From: a virus
Lineage: Duplodnaviria; Heunggongvirae; Uroviricota; Caudoviricetes
Reading direction: 5' to 3' (one strand)
DNA length: 31,107 nucleotides
IMG/VR virus record: IMGVR_UViG_2693429768_000006
Both the position numbers and the translations under genes were made by a program. Under the pieces are notes generated by a model. That model had not been told where the DNA came from. It worked only from the letters and a program-made list of their open reading frames with translations, and ran no database searches. Within the stretch, counting starts at the first letter, position 1, and each line of letters opens with the position of its first letter. Of this stretch, positions 8,160-18,462 are shown piece by piece.

Positions 8160-8191
8160 CGCAGCAGTGACGCCACGGGCTTCAGGACAGT
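8160..8191 (-). terminator. candidate rho-independent terminator after lom
   Basis: Stem AGCCCG/CGGGCT with a 14-nt loop, followed on the minus strand by a 7-U run; sits just upstream of the stf start. Confidence 0.35.
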
Positions 8192-8286
8192 GTAACTTTA
8201 CGTTTCCTCAAACGCAGTTCACCCCATAAGGTGGATGAACCTGCGTATCATAACAATATTTACAGAAGATAAATCGGCGTCTGTTG

Positions 8287-8886
8287 TCAGAAACGGTATC
8301 CGATACCAACAATAAATGCATCCGTTCGCCAGTCGCCACTACCGGAACCTTCATAAGCAAGGTCAATGGTCACGGATTCGGTCGGGTTAAACTGCACGCC
8401 AGCCCCCCACGCCAGAGACGTGTTGCTGTGGCGACCGTCATCACTTCCGGTCAGCACATCGTGCGTTTTCCCCTTGTTGTCAGTTACGCGGAGATAATCC
8501 CCGGAGAAAGTCGACACACGGCTGTAAGCCACACCCGCCATCGCATACGCGCTGAACCATTCATTCACGCGCACAGACGGCCCCGCCATCACGCTGAACC
8601 AGCGGTTACGCACGGAATCTTCATGCCAGCGGGTATCGCTGTAATGCGTTTTTTGCTCATCTTTGGCATTGGCATAACTGAATGACGTCACCAGCCCCAG
8701 CGTGTCCGTAAACTCATAACGGTATTTCACGTTAATCCCGTTCAGATCATCACTACCGGGAACGTTCGTCGAGGCATGGAGATACCCCGCGCTCAGCGTG
8801 GACTGATGTTCTGCTGCACTCGCTGGCGTAGCAGCGGCGACCTGCCAGACTACTGCGGACAAAATAACAGCACATAATTTACGCAT
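8287..8886 (-). CDS. lom: Lom-like outer membrane protein (Ail/Lom/PagC family), moron
   Basis: 199-aa ORF with a signal peptide and C-terminal ...GIGYRF; same position as lambda lom between J and stf. Confidence 0.85.
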   Translation of the reverse strand: MRKLCAVILSAVVWQVAAATPASAAEHQSTLSAGYLHASTNVPGSDDLNGINVKYRYEFTDTLGLVTSFSYANAKDEQKTHYSDTRWHEDSVRNRWFSVMAGPSVRVNEWFSAYAMAGVAYSRVSTFSGDYLRVTDNKGKTHDVLTGSDDGRHSNTSLAWGAGVQFNPTESVTIDLAYEGSGSGDWRTDAFIVGIGYRF

Positions 8887-8910
8887 AATTACCTCTCGCT
8901 TTTCTGCAAT

Positions 8911-8934
8911 AAAAAAGGCGCCATTTCTGGCGCC
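8911..8934 (-). terminator. rho-independent terminator downstream of J
   Basis: GGCGCCA-TTTC-TGGCGCC perfect 7-bp GC stem followed on the minus strand by a 6-U run. Confidence 0.6.
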
Positions 8935-8953
8935 CGTATCTGGGTTATAAAAT

Positions 8954-11900
8954 TCAGCTAATCGTGATGCCTGCAGTGGCTTTCTTCATCACCACAACCA
9001 GCAAATCGCTGATACTTGCTGTGGGATACCAGTTATTTACCAGCCATGCTGACACCGAAAACTCCAGTGTCATGTGACCGTGACCGGCAGGCATATCAAT
9101 AACACCACTGTAAATCAGCGTATTATCCAGCGCGGTACGGTTATAAATTTCAGCACCGTTTTTCCGCACTATCAGACGGCATGAGGAGTAAATATCAGTA
9201 TGCTCTTTCTCATGTTTAGCGCCGCTGAATGCCACCGCCGGAATAACAATCTGCCGGTCAAACGGCTGATCGTCATAAACCCTGACGGTAATGGTTCCTG
9301 ATGGCCACCGCTCCGGTGCACGGGAGTCCCGGGGGAAAGCTTTGCCCACTGTTTTAACGAGATCGCCTTCAATCTGGTTCGCGGACAATTTTCCCAGAAC
9401 CCGACAGTTCTCGTTAATCGTGACGTTGTTGAGCGTCCCGGAGTTCGCATTCACGTTACCGCTGATATCGGCATTTTTCGCCGTCAGCCGCCCGTCCGGT
9501 GTCAGGGAAAATGCCGGAGGATTACCGCCGCTGGTAATGGTGGGAGCCGTCAGATATTTCAGGAACACTTCATTCATAAATATCTGATCGCCCTGACCAA
9601 CAAACATCGGCTTTGTGTTGCCATTCGCAGGATTAATCATCGCAATCCTGTCTGCCGCCAGCAGCACCTGACTCTGCATTCCTGCTGGCGTATTCTCAAT
9701 ACCGGCACCGATACCCGCAATATAAAGGCGTCCGTCCTGCATCTGCTGCAGTTTCACGGCCCACATGCTGTTCAGGTTATTATTTGTATCAACCTGAACT
9801 TTCTGTATCTGCTGGATTGCCGCACTCTGATTTTCCAGTTTTTTATTGACGGTCTGCGTGATTTCATTGCTGACATTCGTAATGGACGTCCTGATTTCAG
9901 CCAGGTCCGGCGCAAGCTGACCGTTATCAATCTGCGTCCACAGCTCCTGGGCCAGATGTGTTTTCCCGATTTCTCCTTTGAAAAAATCCAGGTAACCTTC
10001 CGCATCATCGCTCGCCCGACCGACAGCCTCCACGAATGCCGATTTGCCAACAGTATTCACACTGCGGATATAAAAATAATAATCATGGCCCGGTTTGATA
10101 TTGATACTGGCAGCTATCCAGTACAGCGCCGAGCCAAGATAGCGGGCTGCGGTTTCAACCTGCCTGATATCCGCAATCCGCTTTTCCGAGAACCAGAACT
10201 CAAACTGTACCGTCGGGTCATAAACGGCAAGATGTGGCGTTGCGGTTATCTGAAAATAGCCCGGCGTCAGCTCAATCCGCGACGGTGCTGCCGGTGCGGT
10301 AATCCGGAAGGTGGTGGTGGCAGGTTCACCCTGCTGGCCATAGCTGTTTATCGCCCGCACCGTCAGGGTGTATTCCCCGAGCGGCAGGCCGCTGAAACGG
10401 TGCTCCGTGTCTGCGGTGATGGCGGTGGTCACCAGTCTGGCATCCGTTCCCTTACCACTGGTCAGGCGCAGACTGAAGCGCACACCCTTCACCACCCGCG
10501 GCGTGTCCCATTTCGCCTGCGCCAGATACTGGCCGTCAGCTGCGCTCACCTCCACCGTCAGGTGCTGCACTGCCGGTGGGATGACGCTGTTCAGGGAACC
10601 TGACTGCGGCTCAAAGCGGGCACCGTTATCCACGATGGCTTCTTTTTCCGGTACGTGCTGCACCGCCGTGATGGCAAAGGTGCCGTCCGTGTTTTCCCGG
10701 ATGGAGACACAGCGGAACAGGCGACGGCGCAGTGACGGCAGGGAGAGTCCCCACACCCCGTATGTCTCCACACCATCAGGCAGGGTACTGACCTGTATCC
10801 GGTCCGGCGCGGGGTGTTCGGTGATGTCCACACTCACCGGCTTACCGCTGCCGTTAATCAGGTTCACCGTGGCGGCACCGGTCTCCGGCAGGGTAACCTC
10901 ACGGTCCAGCGTCAGGGTGCGGGTGGCAGCATCAATGGACAGGACACGTCCGCCGGTCAGGGTCCCGGCATAGTCATTATCACAGATTTCAATAATGTCA
11001 CCGGGTGTGTGCCGCAGCCCCTGAGACCCGAGCGTGAAATCCACCGTCTGCGTTTCCAGCAGTTCGGTCTTTATCACCCACAGTCCGGCACGGTGGGCCT
11101 GACCGCGGCTGGTACAGCCGAACGCGTCCATCTTCAGCAGATTGCGCCCGTAGCGCAGTATGGCTTCCGGGTCTTCCACCAGCTCCGTGGAGGTCTGCCA
11201 GCCGTTCTGCGGGTCGGTGTAATTCACCTCCACCGCCGTGTGCCGGTCCTTCAGGGCACTGAAGCTGTAGCGGAACCCCACGCCGTTATCATCCACCACC
11301 ACATCGCTGTTGGTGTACGGCCACACCACATCCGACAGGCGGTCCTGAACAAACGTCAGCATCTGGCCGTTCCATACCGGCATACAGCGCATCGCCGAGC
11401 AGAAATCACTGAGAACATCCCACGCCTTACGCTGTTGTGCCAGGTACGCATTGAAGGTCATCCGCGGCTCGGTGCCCCCGAAGCCATCCGGCACCATCTG
11501 GTCGCAGTACTGCCCGATGGCATACAGCGCCCACTTGTCCACATCCGCCGCCCCCAGACGTTTTCCCATGCCGTAGCGCGGGTGAGTCAGCATGTCCCAC
11601 AGACACCAAGCCGGATTGTTGCTGTATGCCGGTTTCAGACTGCCGTCCCAGATACCACTGTACGTGCGTTTTTCCGGGTCATAGTTTGACGGCACCTGGA
11701 TGATGCGACCGCGGATATGGTAGTTCACCGTCATCTGCTGACCACCAAACTGCTCCGCATCCACCTGCATCCCCACAATGGCCGTGTTCGGGTAGCACTG
11801 TTTCACATCGATGATTTCGGTGTATGACGACCACAGCGTTCTGTTCTGCAGCTGGTCCGTGGTGCTGTCCGCCGTCTCCCTGACCATCCGGATGTTAAAG

Positions 11901-12427
11901 GGGCGGGGAGGCAGATTATCCAGAATCACCGAGGCCAGGAACTGTGAGGTGGTCTTGCCGTTAATGGTGACATCCTTTTCTGTCACCCAGTTACCGTTAC
12001 GCTGTAACTGAATCAGCAGACGGACAGAGGACGGATTACGGTCACCCTTTGACGTGGTCTCCACCAGTGACTGCACCCCGAAGGTCACCCGCAGGCGGTC
12101 AATGTTCGCTGACGTAATGGTGCGTGTTACCGGTTTTGCCCTGGTCACTTCGACACCCAGTACAGTTTCAGAGCCGGAGGACTCAAAGCCTTCCGGTGGT
12201 GTCTGCTCCTGCTCCCCGGCACGCCAGACCGCGGTCACACCGTGTATCACGGGATTACCGTCCGTGTCCGTCAGCGGGGTTTTGTTCACCAGAATACTCT
12301 GCAGGCCTTTCACCGGGCCATCTATCGGCCCCTCACCAATCGCATCAATCACGCTCATCATCTGCGTGGATTTGAGATTGTCTTTCGCCTCACGCGGTGT
12401 GTGCGCCTTGCCGCCACCTTTGCCCAT
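8954..12427 (-). CDS. J: tail tip / host specificity protein J
   Basis: 1157 aa; strong similarity to lambda gpJ from the N-terminus ([22 protein letters not shown]...) through the conserved core. C-terminal ~150 aa diverge from lambda. Confidence 0.95.
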   Translation of the reverse strand: MGKGGGKAHTPREAKDNLKSTQMMSVIDAIGEGPIDGPVKGLQSILVNKTPLTDTDGNPVIHGVTAVWRAGEQEQTPPEGFESSGSETVLGVEVTRAKPVTRTITSANIDRLRVTFGVQSLVETTSKGDRNPSSVRLLIQLQRNGNWVTEKDVTINGKTTSQFLASVILDNLPPRPFNIRMVRETADSTTDQLQNRTLWSSYTEIIDVKQCYPNTAIVGMQVDAEQFGGQQMTVNYHIRGRIIQVPSNYDPEKRTYSGIWDGSLKPAYSNNPAWCLWDMLTHPRYGMGKRLGAADVDKWALYAIGQYCDQMVPDGFGGTEPRMTFNAYLAQQRKAWDVLSDFCSAMRCMPVWNGQMLTFVQDRLSDVVWPYTNSDVVVDDNGVGFRYSFSALKDRHTAVEVNYTDPQNGWQTSTELVEDPEAILRYGRNLLKMDAFGCTSRGQAHRAGLWVIKTELLETQTVDFTLGSQGLRHTPGDIIEICDNDYAGTLTGGRVLSIDAATRTLTLDREVTLPETGAATVNLINGSGKPVSVDITEHPAPDRIQVSTLPDGVETYGVWGLSLPSLRRRLFRCVSIRENTDGTFAITAVQHVPEKEAIVDNGARFEPQSGSLNSVIPPAVQHLTVEVSAADGQYLAQAKWDTPRVVKGVRFSLRLTSGKGTDARLVTTAITADTEHRFSGLPLGEYTLTVRAINSYGQQGEPATTTFRITAPAAPSRIELTPGYFQITATPHLAVYDPTVQFEFWFSEKRIADIRQVETAARYLGSALYWIAASINIKPGHDYYFYIRSVNTVGKSAFVEAVGRASDDAEGYLDFFKGEIGKTHLAQELWTQIDNGQLAPDLAEIRTSITNVSNEITQTVNKKLENQSAAIQQIQKVQVDTNNNLNSMWAVKLQQMQDGRLYIAGIGAGIENTPAGMQSQVLLAADRIAMINPANGNTKPMFVGQGDQIFMNEVFLKYLTAPTITSGGNPPAFSLTPDGRLTAKNADISGNVNANSGTLNNVTINENCRVLGKLSANQIEGDLVKTVGKAFPRDSRAPERWPSGTITVRVYDDQPFDRQIVIPAVAFSGAKHEKEHTDIYSSCRLIVRKNGAEIYNRTALDNTLIYSGVIDMPAGHGHMTLEFSVSAWLVNNWYPTASISDLLVVVMKKATAGITIS

Positions 12428-12494
12428 TACATCACCTCTTACCGTGATAATTGTTCACTCACAAAAACAACAGGCACCTCACCGGGTGCCTGCG

Positions 12495-12620
12495 TCATGA
12501 CGGAATAAAATTTCTGAATATCTTCACATTTTCACACACTGACTGTGGCGCGTATAATTTCACTGCGTTAGTGTTTTTTTGCCCGAGTAACAAAAACAAC
12601 TCCTTCACATTGATCTTCAT
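12495..12620 (-). CDS. candidate 41-aa ORF in the I-J intergenic insert
   Basis: ATG at 12620 to TGA at 12495 (MKINVKELFLLLGQKNTNAVKLYAPQSVCENVKIFRNFIPS); weak SD; overlapped antisense by the candidate RNA. Confidence 0.15.
   Translation of the reverse strand: MKINVKELFLLLGQKNTNAVKLYAPQSVCENVKIFRNFIPS
12531..12558 (+). promoter_or_regulatory. candidate sigma70 promoter (TTCACA, 16-nt spacer, TATAAT)
   Basis: Perfect -10 hexamer TATAAT at 12553-12558 with a 5/6 -35; points rightward into a terminator about 100 nt away. Confidence 0.4.
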
Positions 12621-12662
12621 TTGTCTGTCCCCGCAGCTCCGCGATCACTGCGGGATTTTTTT
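12565..12662 (+). ncRNA. candidate ~100-nt small RNA (promoter-to-terminator unit), antisense to the small ORF start
   Basis: Bounded by the promoter above and an intrinsic terminator; no plus-strand ORF with a plausible start lies between them. Confidence 0.3.
12629..12662 (+). terminator. rho-independent terminator (plus strand)
   Basis: CCCGCAG...CTGCGGG stem followed by ATTTTTTTA. Confidence 0.5.
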
Positions 12663-12667
12663 ATGTT

Positions 12668-13348
12668 TTATCCCTGTCGCCCGATAACCACGACCTTTCC
12701 GCCCCCGCCTTCATCACGGGTGCTGATGTCCTGGGATATACGGCGGGAGCCAACCAGCATTTCCCCGTAAGGCACCGGCATCGAGTTCCCCTGGGCAATC
12801 ATGTTATCCAGCGAGGAAAAGTACGTGTTCTGTCTGCCGTTATCCGTTGCGCGGTAATCCGGTGTTTTTGCCTTCGGGGCCAGCATCTGGGCCACACCGC
12901 CCAGAATCATGCTGGCTCCAAGTGAAAACAGCATCGTGGTGGCAGAAAAACCACCGGCTGCCAGGGCTGAACCCCATAACGCCATTGATGCCCCGGCAGT
13001 GAAGAAAGAGCCCACGATGGCTGCCGCCCCCAACACAATCTGCAGTCCACCCTTTCCGGCCCCGGCCAGTCGCGGCACAATGTGGATGACCGTTCCCTCA
13101 CCCAGCTGTTCGTGAAGGCGGGCGTACACCACCTCCGGTGCCGTGTCTTCACCGGCAATACGTATCTGGTACCAGCCTTCGTTCATCTGAAGGCGAAAGC
13201 CCGGCATCTGCATCGACAGGGCGCGAATGGCTTCCGCTGCCGTGTTCACATACAGGCTGAGGCGGCGGCCAAATCGTTGTAAATCCCCGTGAAGGCAGAT
13301 GTGTGCCAGTGGCGGTGACGCCAGACAGAATGCGTTCGTCGTTGCCAT
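12668..13348 (-). CDS. I: tail assembly protein I
   Basis: 226 aa; matches lambda gpI (ICLHGDLQRFGRR, GAAAIVGSFFTAGA, NTYFSSLDNM). Confidence 0.9.
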   Translation of the reverse strand: MATTNAFCLASPPLAHICLHGDLQRFGRRLSLYVNTAAEAIRALSMQMPGFRLQMNEGWYQIRIAGEDTAPEVVYARLHEQLGEGTVIHIVPRLAGAGKGGLQIVLGAAAIVGSFFTAGASMALWGSALAAGGFSATTMLFSLGASMILGGVAQMLAPKAKTPDYRATDNGRQNTYFSSLDNMIAQGNSMPVPYGEMLVGSRRISQDISTRDEGGGGKVVVIGRQG

Positions 13349-13989
13349 TTTTCGGAATACCTCTCCCGTTTACTCAGTTGTTCAGGAATATGGTGAAGCA
13401 GTTCACCGTTGCCGCAGTAAATGGCGGCATGATTAGCCACCGATGCGCCGAAGCAGCACAGCAGGATATCGCCCGGCTGTGCAGAGGACAGGGGCACCCG
13501 GTAAAAGCCGGTGACTGCCATATTGTCCAGGTACAGGTTCTGGCCGTTGCGCCACCAGTCATCCTCGCGATGAAAATCCGGCATATCAATTCCCGCCAGA
13601 TGGTATGCATCCCGGAACAGCGTGTAACAGTCCGTCACCCCGTGCTCAAAGCGCCGTCCTGTCAGATGTGGCACACAGCAGAATTTATGAATTTCCCCCC
13701 GGCAGACCAGCCACCAGGGCAGTGCGCTTTTTATCTGCAGCCGCCGGTCAGCCTCGCTCAGCCAGGGCAGCTCACCGGGATGACTGTGGACCAGTGCCAC
13801 AATCTCCCCCTGTATCTCTGCCCGCAGCCAGTCTTCCGGTGCGATACGAAAATACGCCTCCGGCTCTGCGGAAATATTCACACAAGGGATATACCGCTCC
13901 CCCTCCGGCGTGCTTATCACGAAGCCGCACGACTCCGCAGGCGCACACCGCCGGGCATGCGCCAGAATCGCTGATTCAGTCTGTGTCAT
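13246..13989 (-). CDS. K: tail assembly protein K (JAMM/MPN plus NlpC/P60 domains)
   Basis: Start taken at MTQTESAILAHARRCAPAESCGF (matches lambda gpK), not the upstream ATG of the ORF track. HSHPGELPWLSEAD JAMM motif and GVTDCYTLF Cys motif present. Confidence 0.85.
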   Translation of the reverse strand: MTQTESAILAHARRCAPAESCGFVISTPEGERYIPCVNISAEPEAYFRIAPEDWLRAEIQGEIVALVHSHPGELPWLSEADRRLQIKSALPWWLVCRGEIHKFCCVPHLTGRRFEHGVTDCYTLFRDAYHLAGIDMPDFHREDDWWRNGQNLYLDNMAVTGFYRVPLSSAQPGDILLCCFGASVANHAAIYCGNGELLHHIPEQLSKRERYSEKWQRRTHSVWRHRHWHTSAFTGIYNDLAAASACM

Positions 13990-13999
13990 AAACCGGGAT

Positions 14000-14698
14000 T
14001 TACTGCGAAAGTTTATTAATGGAAAGGAAACCGCCAAAATTGCCGACATTCCTGCGCAGTTCACACCCGCGCATGCACTTGCTGCATCTGTCCTTACGGA
14101 TATCCGTGGTGGGTTTATCGAACTCATCCGCCACAGCCCCGCCCGTGTAACCACACTCATCAGAGCGGTAGGTCCACATACAGGTGTTCGCCAGCATGAT
14201 ACGACCGGGAAACTGCGCTCCGTCCGTCTCGGTCGGTGTGGCCAGCACAAACGAGGCCGTCATGGCTGTCAGCTGCGACATCTGCTCCACCACCCAGCGG
14301 TCGCTCAGCTCCTGCTCCGGGTCCGCTTCCGGATTGCCCGCCACAAAATTCACCGCATCCAGAAAACGGGCATACACCCGGCGGCGGACCACCGTGGCCC
14401 CCACCAGACTCTGCAGGTCTTCCGCCATCCCGGTGACAAGGCCGAACAGATTGGACACCGTCAGCGACGGTCTGGCACTGCTGCCTTTCCCGTTCATTTC
14501 AAAGCCGCTGCCATCAATCGGGTACGCCTCATACTTACGCCCCTGCCAGGTGACCGGCTCCCCTTTTTCATTCAGCTCATTACAGAAAAAATACCGCTCA
14601 CCACCCTGTACCGTCAGGTCGATTTCCCAGAGTACCACCCGCGGTGACTGCTCTGACTTAACCGACTCGTTCAGACTTTCTTCGCGAATATCCTGCAT
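14000..14698 (-). CDS. L: tail tip assembly protein L
   Basis: 232 aa; MQDIREESLNE...GNFGGFLSINKLSQ matches lambda gpL end to end. Confidence 0.95.
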   Translation of the reverse strand: MQDIREESLNESVKSEQSPRVVLWEIDLTVQGGERYFFCNELNEKGEPVTWQGRKYEAYPIDGSGFEMNGKGSSARPSLTVSNLFGLVTGMAEDLQSLVGATVVRRRVYARFLDAVNFVAGNPEADPEQELSDRWVVEQMSQLTAMTASFVLATPTETDGAQFPGRIMLANTCMWTYRSDECGYTGGAVADEFDKPTTDIRKDRCSKCMRGCELRRNVGNFGGFLSINKLSQ

Positions 14699-15027
14699 CA
14701 GTTCACCACCTGCTTAAACTCCGCGCTGAACTCAACGCGCAACATCCCGACCCGCGCAGACCACCCGGCACAGGTCACCTTTATCTGCCGGTATGCATAG
14801 GGTGGCTTCCACAAAAATGCCTTCCAGCCACCGTGCTCTGCCAGGAACGCTTCCAGATGCCGGGCCTCCTCCCGGGTCACGGAAAGCGTCACCCTGTATG
14901 TTTTCAGGTCAGCATTCAGCCCTGCCGCCATACGCTGTGAGTACCCGTCACCAAAACGCACTTCACGCACCGATGGCTGCGAGTTCACCTCCATATCCGG
15001 CTTCACTTTCCAGCGAAAGGTTTTCAT
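14698..15027 (-). CDS. M: tail tip protein M
   Basis: 109 aa; MKTFRWKVKP...LRVEFSAEFKQVVN matches lambda gpM. Confidence 0.95.
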   Translation of the reverse strand: MKTFRWKVKPDMEVNSQPSVREVRFGDGYSQRMAAGLNADLKTYRVTLSVTREEARHLEAFLAEHGGWKAFLWKPPYAYRQIKVTCAGWSARVGMLRVEFSAEFKQVVN

Positions 15028-17597
15028 CCACCGCTCCCTGATAACATACCGCCATCACGCAACTGCAGCCGGAGTTCATCCTGTGCCCCCTTGCGGGCCA
15101 TCTCATACACCGCTTTCATCAGCTGCGGCCCTGCCCGCCCGTTGGGGCCGTCGTTCTGAATCACCACGTGATTGTTCTGATTAAAATTAATGCCTTCCGC
15201 CCGCCGCATCTGCGCCGGACTTCCGGCACCGCCGACATAACCACCTTCCGCATAGCCCCGCATCAGGCGGTACAGATTGCCGACACCAATCCGGCTGGTC
15301 GCCTCCTTCGTGAAGACAAACTCCCCGCGATGAACAATCCCCGCAGGTTCATATTTACCCCCCGTCCCCGTAAATCCCCCGGTCGCGAAATGGAAGTTCG
15401 CCGCCGCAGCCTGAATGGCTGTACCGCCTGACGCGGATGCGCCGCCACCAACAGCCCCGCCAATGGCGCTGCCGATACTCCCGACTATCCCCACCATCGC
15501 CTGCTTCAGAAAAATCTCTGTCAGCATGGACAGCACAGAACGGGTGAAACCACGCCAGTTCTGTTCGCTGCCGGTCAGCATCGCTGCCATATTCTGTGCA
15601 ATACCGTCAAAGGTCTGCGTGGCCACACTTTTAACCTGCGAAAAACTGTCCGTCGCACTTTCCGCCCACTCTCCCCAGCCGGACTTCATCCCGGCCATCC
15701 AGCTTCCACGAAGCTGCTCCTCCGCAGACCAGGTGTTCTTCAGTGCCGATGTGGCCTTCGCCAGCGCAGCCGGATTATCACCGTACACCTCACGAAGGCG
15801 CTGCTCTTCCGACTCCCGCTGCGCCTGACGGTCGGTGAGGCCGCGGGCTTTTGCGCTGATTGCCGCCTGCTTCGCGCTTTGCTGCTGTTCAAACCGCGCC
15901 GCCTGCTGTGCCAGCTCATTCAGCCGCTTCTGGTGTTCAATCTTGTCTCCCAGCTCAGCCAGCTGGCGTTTGTACTCCAGCGTCTCTTTCTCATGAGCCA
16001 GCAGGGATTTTTCCTGCTCAGATAACTGCCGTTTCGTGGCGGCCTCTTTCAGGACCACATACTGACTTTCCGCTTCCCATAAATCCCGGCGCTGCTGGCT
16101 GATTTTCTCATTCACACCGCTGTGTTTTTCCAGCGTCCTGAGCTCGGTTTCAAGCGCCAGCAGGGCTGCATGCGCCCGGTCTTCCTGGCGCTCACCGGCA
16201 GACACCTTCACACCTGACGGCTTTTTCAGCGTCGATTCATAATCCTTTTTTGCCGACGCCATCAGCGTGTTGTAATCCGCCTGCAGGATTTTTCCGTCTT
16301 TCAGGGCCTTATTCAGCTCTTTCTGACGGGCGGTATATTTATCCAGCGGCGTCTGCAGGCGCTCATACGCCTTCTGCGCCTCTCCGGTATACTTCAGCTG
16401 TGACGACTCACGCTCAGCCCTGTCCCTTGCCGCCAGTTCACCGGCTTTTTCCATATCCGACTGCAGCGTGGCCGCTGCCAGACCCAGACGGGCATTTTCC
16501 CGGTCATCCCATGCCCCCTGAAGGTTCGCACGAAAAGAGGAGGTCTTTCCCCGGCGCTGGCTCCGGCTCTGGTACCACTGCCATTTTTTATCCGCCTCAT
16601 CAAATGCCTTCTGCGCACTGGCGAGCATATCCGCTGAGGATTCCGGACGACCGATATCCAGAATGGCATCCCACATCGATTTGAATGCCTTCCCTGTTTT
16701 ATCCGCCCAGGTCTCCAGTGTTCCCATGTTTTCTTTCAGGCGACGGGTCTGCTCATCAAAGCCTTTCGTGGCGATATCGTTCGCCGCCTGCAATGCCCCG
16801 GCCTCGTCTCCGGAACGCTGCAGCTGTGCAACATACGCAATCTGCTCTGCCGTCACGTTACGGAACTGGCGCGCCATCGCCATCAGTCCCGACGTCGGGT
16901 CAGTGGTCAGCTTCCCGAAGGCTTCAGCGACTTTATCCACCTCCACACCGGATGCAGACGCAAAACGCGCGACACTCTGGTTGATGGCATCAAACTGTTC
17001 ACCACCACGCACACCGGCATTCACCAGGGCTGCCAGTGACTCTCTCGCCTGGTTAAACGTCAGCCCTGCTGCCTGCCCGGCTCTTGAGAGCGTCAGCATA
17101 CGATCGGCAGTCAGTCCGGCCTGATTGCCGGAAAGGACCAGCGTTTTATTAAATTCTGAAAGCGTGGCGTCGCCCTGGTACCAGGCGTACGCCAGCGCAC
17201 CTGTCGCCACCGCCAGCGAGGTGACCCCGACCATCGGCAGGGTGATCGCACCGGCAAGCCCCCTGAACATGGGGATCATCCCGCCGAAGGAGTCCTTCAC
17301 CTGACCGCCCTGTTGCAGCAGGATCAACCAGGGATTCTGACCACCGGCAAGCTGCGTGGCGATATCCGTAAACTGTGCGGGCAGGGTTCGCATGGCCGCT
17401 TTATACTGCCCGACGGAAATCCCGGCTTTTTGTGCAGCCAGCGCCTGGCGGCTCAGGCCCTGTTCAACAGCACTGGCGGTTTTTCTGGCGTCGGTATCCA
17501 GACCTGAAAAATGACGCCTTACCCGGCTCATCTGCTCATCGAAACGGACAGCATCCAGACTCAGGTCAATAACAAGATCACCAACCGGCTGGGACAT
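15024..17597 (-). CDS. H: tail tape measure protein H
   Basis: 857 aa; near-colinear with lambda gpH. Confidence 0.95.
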   Translation of the reverse strand: MSQPVGDLVIDLSLDAVRFDEQMSRVRRHFSGLDTDARKTASAVEQGLSRQALAAQKAGISVGQYKAAMRTLPAQFTDIATQLAGGQNPWLILLQQGGQVKDSFGGMIPMFRGLAGAITLPMVGVTSLAVATGALAYAWYQGDATLSEFNKTLVLSGNQAGLTADRMLTLSRAGQAAGLTFNQARESLAALVNAGVRGGEQFDAINQSVARFASASGVEVDKVAEAFGKLTTDPTSGLMAMARQFRNVTAEQIAYVAQLQRSGDEAGALQAANDIATKGFDEQTRRLKENMGTLETWADKTGKAFKSMWDAILDIGRPESSADMLASAQKAFDEADKKWQWYQSRSQRRGKTSSFRANLQGAWDDRENARLGLAAATLQSDMEKAGELAARDRAERESSQLKYTGEAQKAYERLQTPLDKYTARQKELNKALKDGKILQADYNTLMASAKKDYESTLKKPSGVKVSAGERQEDRAHAALLALETELRTLEKHSGVNEKISQQRRDLWEAESQYVVLKEAATKRQLSEQEKSLLAHEKETLEYKRQLAELGDKIEHQKRLNELAQQAARFEQQQSAKQAAISAKARGLTDRQAQRESEEQRLREVYGDNPAALAKATSALKNTWSAEEQLRGSWMAGMKSGWGEWAESATDSFSQVKSVATQTFDGIAQNMAAMLTGSEQNWRGFTRSVLSMLTEIFLKQAMVGIVGSIGSAIGGAVGGGASASGGTAIQAAAANFHFATGGFTGTGGKYEPAGIVHRGEFVFTKEATSRIGVGNLYRLMRGYAEGGYVGGAGSPAQMRRAEGINFNQNNHVVIQNDGPNGRAGPQLMKAVYEMARKGAQDELRLQLRDGGMLSGSGG

Positions 17598-18042
17598 ATC
17601 TCACACCTCCCGGAATCCCCGCTGAAGCCATCATTAATGCGGCATCATCCACCATGACATCCGCCACATCCGCAGACGATAAAATATCGCGCCCTCCGTC
17701 CCCACCGAACCGGACGCCTCCGGCAAGTCCTGCCGCTTTCTGCATCAGCATTTTGTCCTCATCCGGCCTCTCCACCTGCTCTTCCTCATGCCGGGGGACA
17801 AGCAGACTGAAATCAGAGGGATGCATATCCGGATCGCAAAAAAACAGGCTGAGTACAGCGTACGTCAGCCCGGAAAAATGCATATCCAGCTGGGTATCCT
17901 GAAAATAATGCGTGCGGTAAAAACGGTGCCAGTCGGCATATTCGGTGGATGTCATCCCGGCAAGCATGGCGCGCCAGTCGGGTCTCCCCATCTCACGCGC
18001 CAGTCTGAGGGCAAAGTTCAGCTCGCCGTCGAAGACTTTCCC
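17578..18042 (-). CDS. T: gpT portion of the G-T tail assembly chaperone, expressed by -1 frameshift from G
   Basis: T frame is open from the slippery heptamer G_GGA_AAG (minus strand, 18042..18036) to the stop at 17578. The heptamer lies 6 codons before the G stop, as in lambda. Confidence 0.85.
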   Translation of the reverse strand, partial: GKVFDGELNFALRLAREMGRPDWRAMLAGMTSTEYADWHRFYRTHYFQDTQLDMHFSGLTYAVLSLFFCDPDMHPSDFSLLVPRHEEEQVERPDEDKMLMQKAAGLAGGVRFGGDGGRDILSSADVADVMVDDAALMMASAGIPGGVRYVPAGW

Positions 18043-18449
18043 GCAGAAAAATCATCATCAGTCAGCGTGTTATTTTTCGCCACTTCAGTAATATCAGTAT
18101 CCGGACGAACAGCTTCGATCATCCCGGACAGGCACAACACCACGTCTTCCGCCCGGGCAATGGCATCGGCAGGCCAGGTGGTGAGCACTTCCTGCTCTAT
18201 CTTCATCACGGCCTCATTCATTGACGGTGACTGCGTTTTCTGTGGATGGTTATGCCACAGGGACATCGCCACCAGAAACGCGCCGGTTCTGACGAGATCT
18301 TCCACGCTTACCTGCAGGTTGCCGCAGGATTCTGCCTGTTCTGCACGCCGTTTCAGGAGGGCAAGATGCTCGATACGCTGCAGCGCAGACAATTCGGAAA
18401 GCGTGACAGACACACCGTTATATTCAAATTGTTCTGTTTTCAGAAACAT
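18018..18449 (-). CDS. G: tail assembly chaperone G
   Basis: 143 aa; MFLKTEQFEYNGVSVTLSELSALQRIEHLAL... matches lambda gpG. Confidence 0.95.
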   Translation of the reverse strand: MFLKTEQFEYNGVSVTLSELSALQRIEHLALLKRRAEQAESCGNLQVSVEDLVRTGAFLVAMSLWHNHPQKTQSPSMNEAVMKIEQEVLTTWPADAIARAEDVVLCLSGMIEAVRPDTDITEVAKNNTLTDDDFSAGKSSTAS

Positions 18450-18462
18450 GTATTACCTCCGT

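Noticed and set aside
9956-11689. Plus-strand ORFs of 200-290 aa inside J (9956..10603, 10368..10973, 10814..11689)
   Set aside because: Antisense to J, which is colinear with lambda gpJ; no starts with ribosome-binding sites; composition artefacts.
13303-14717. Plus-strand ORFs of 170-245 aa across K and L (13303..13974, 13910..14647, 14184..14717)
   Set aside because: Antisense to genes that match lambda K and L end to end.
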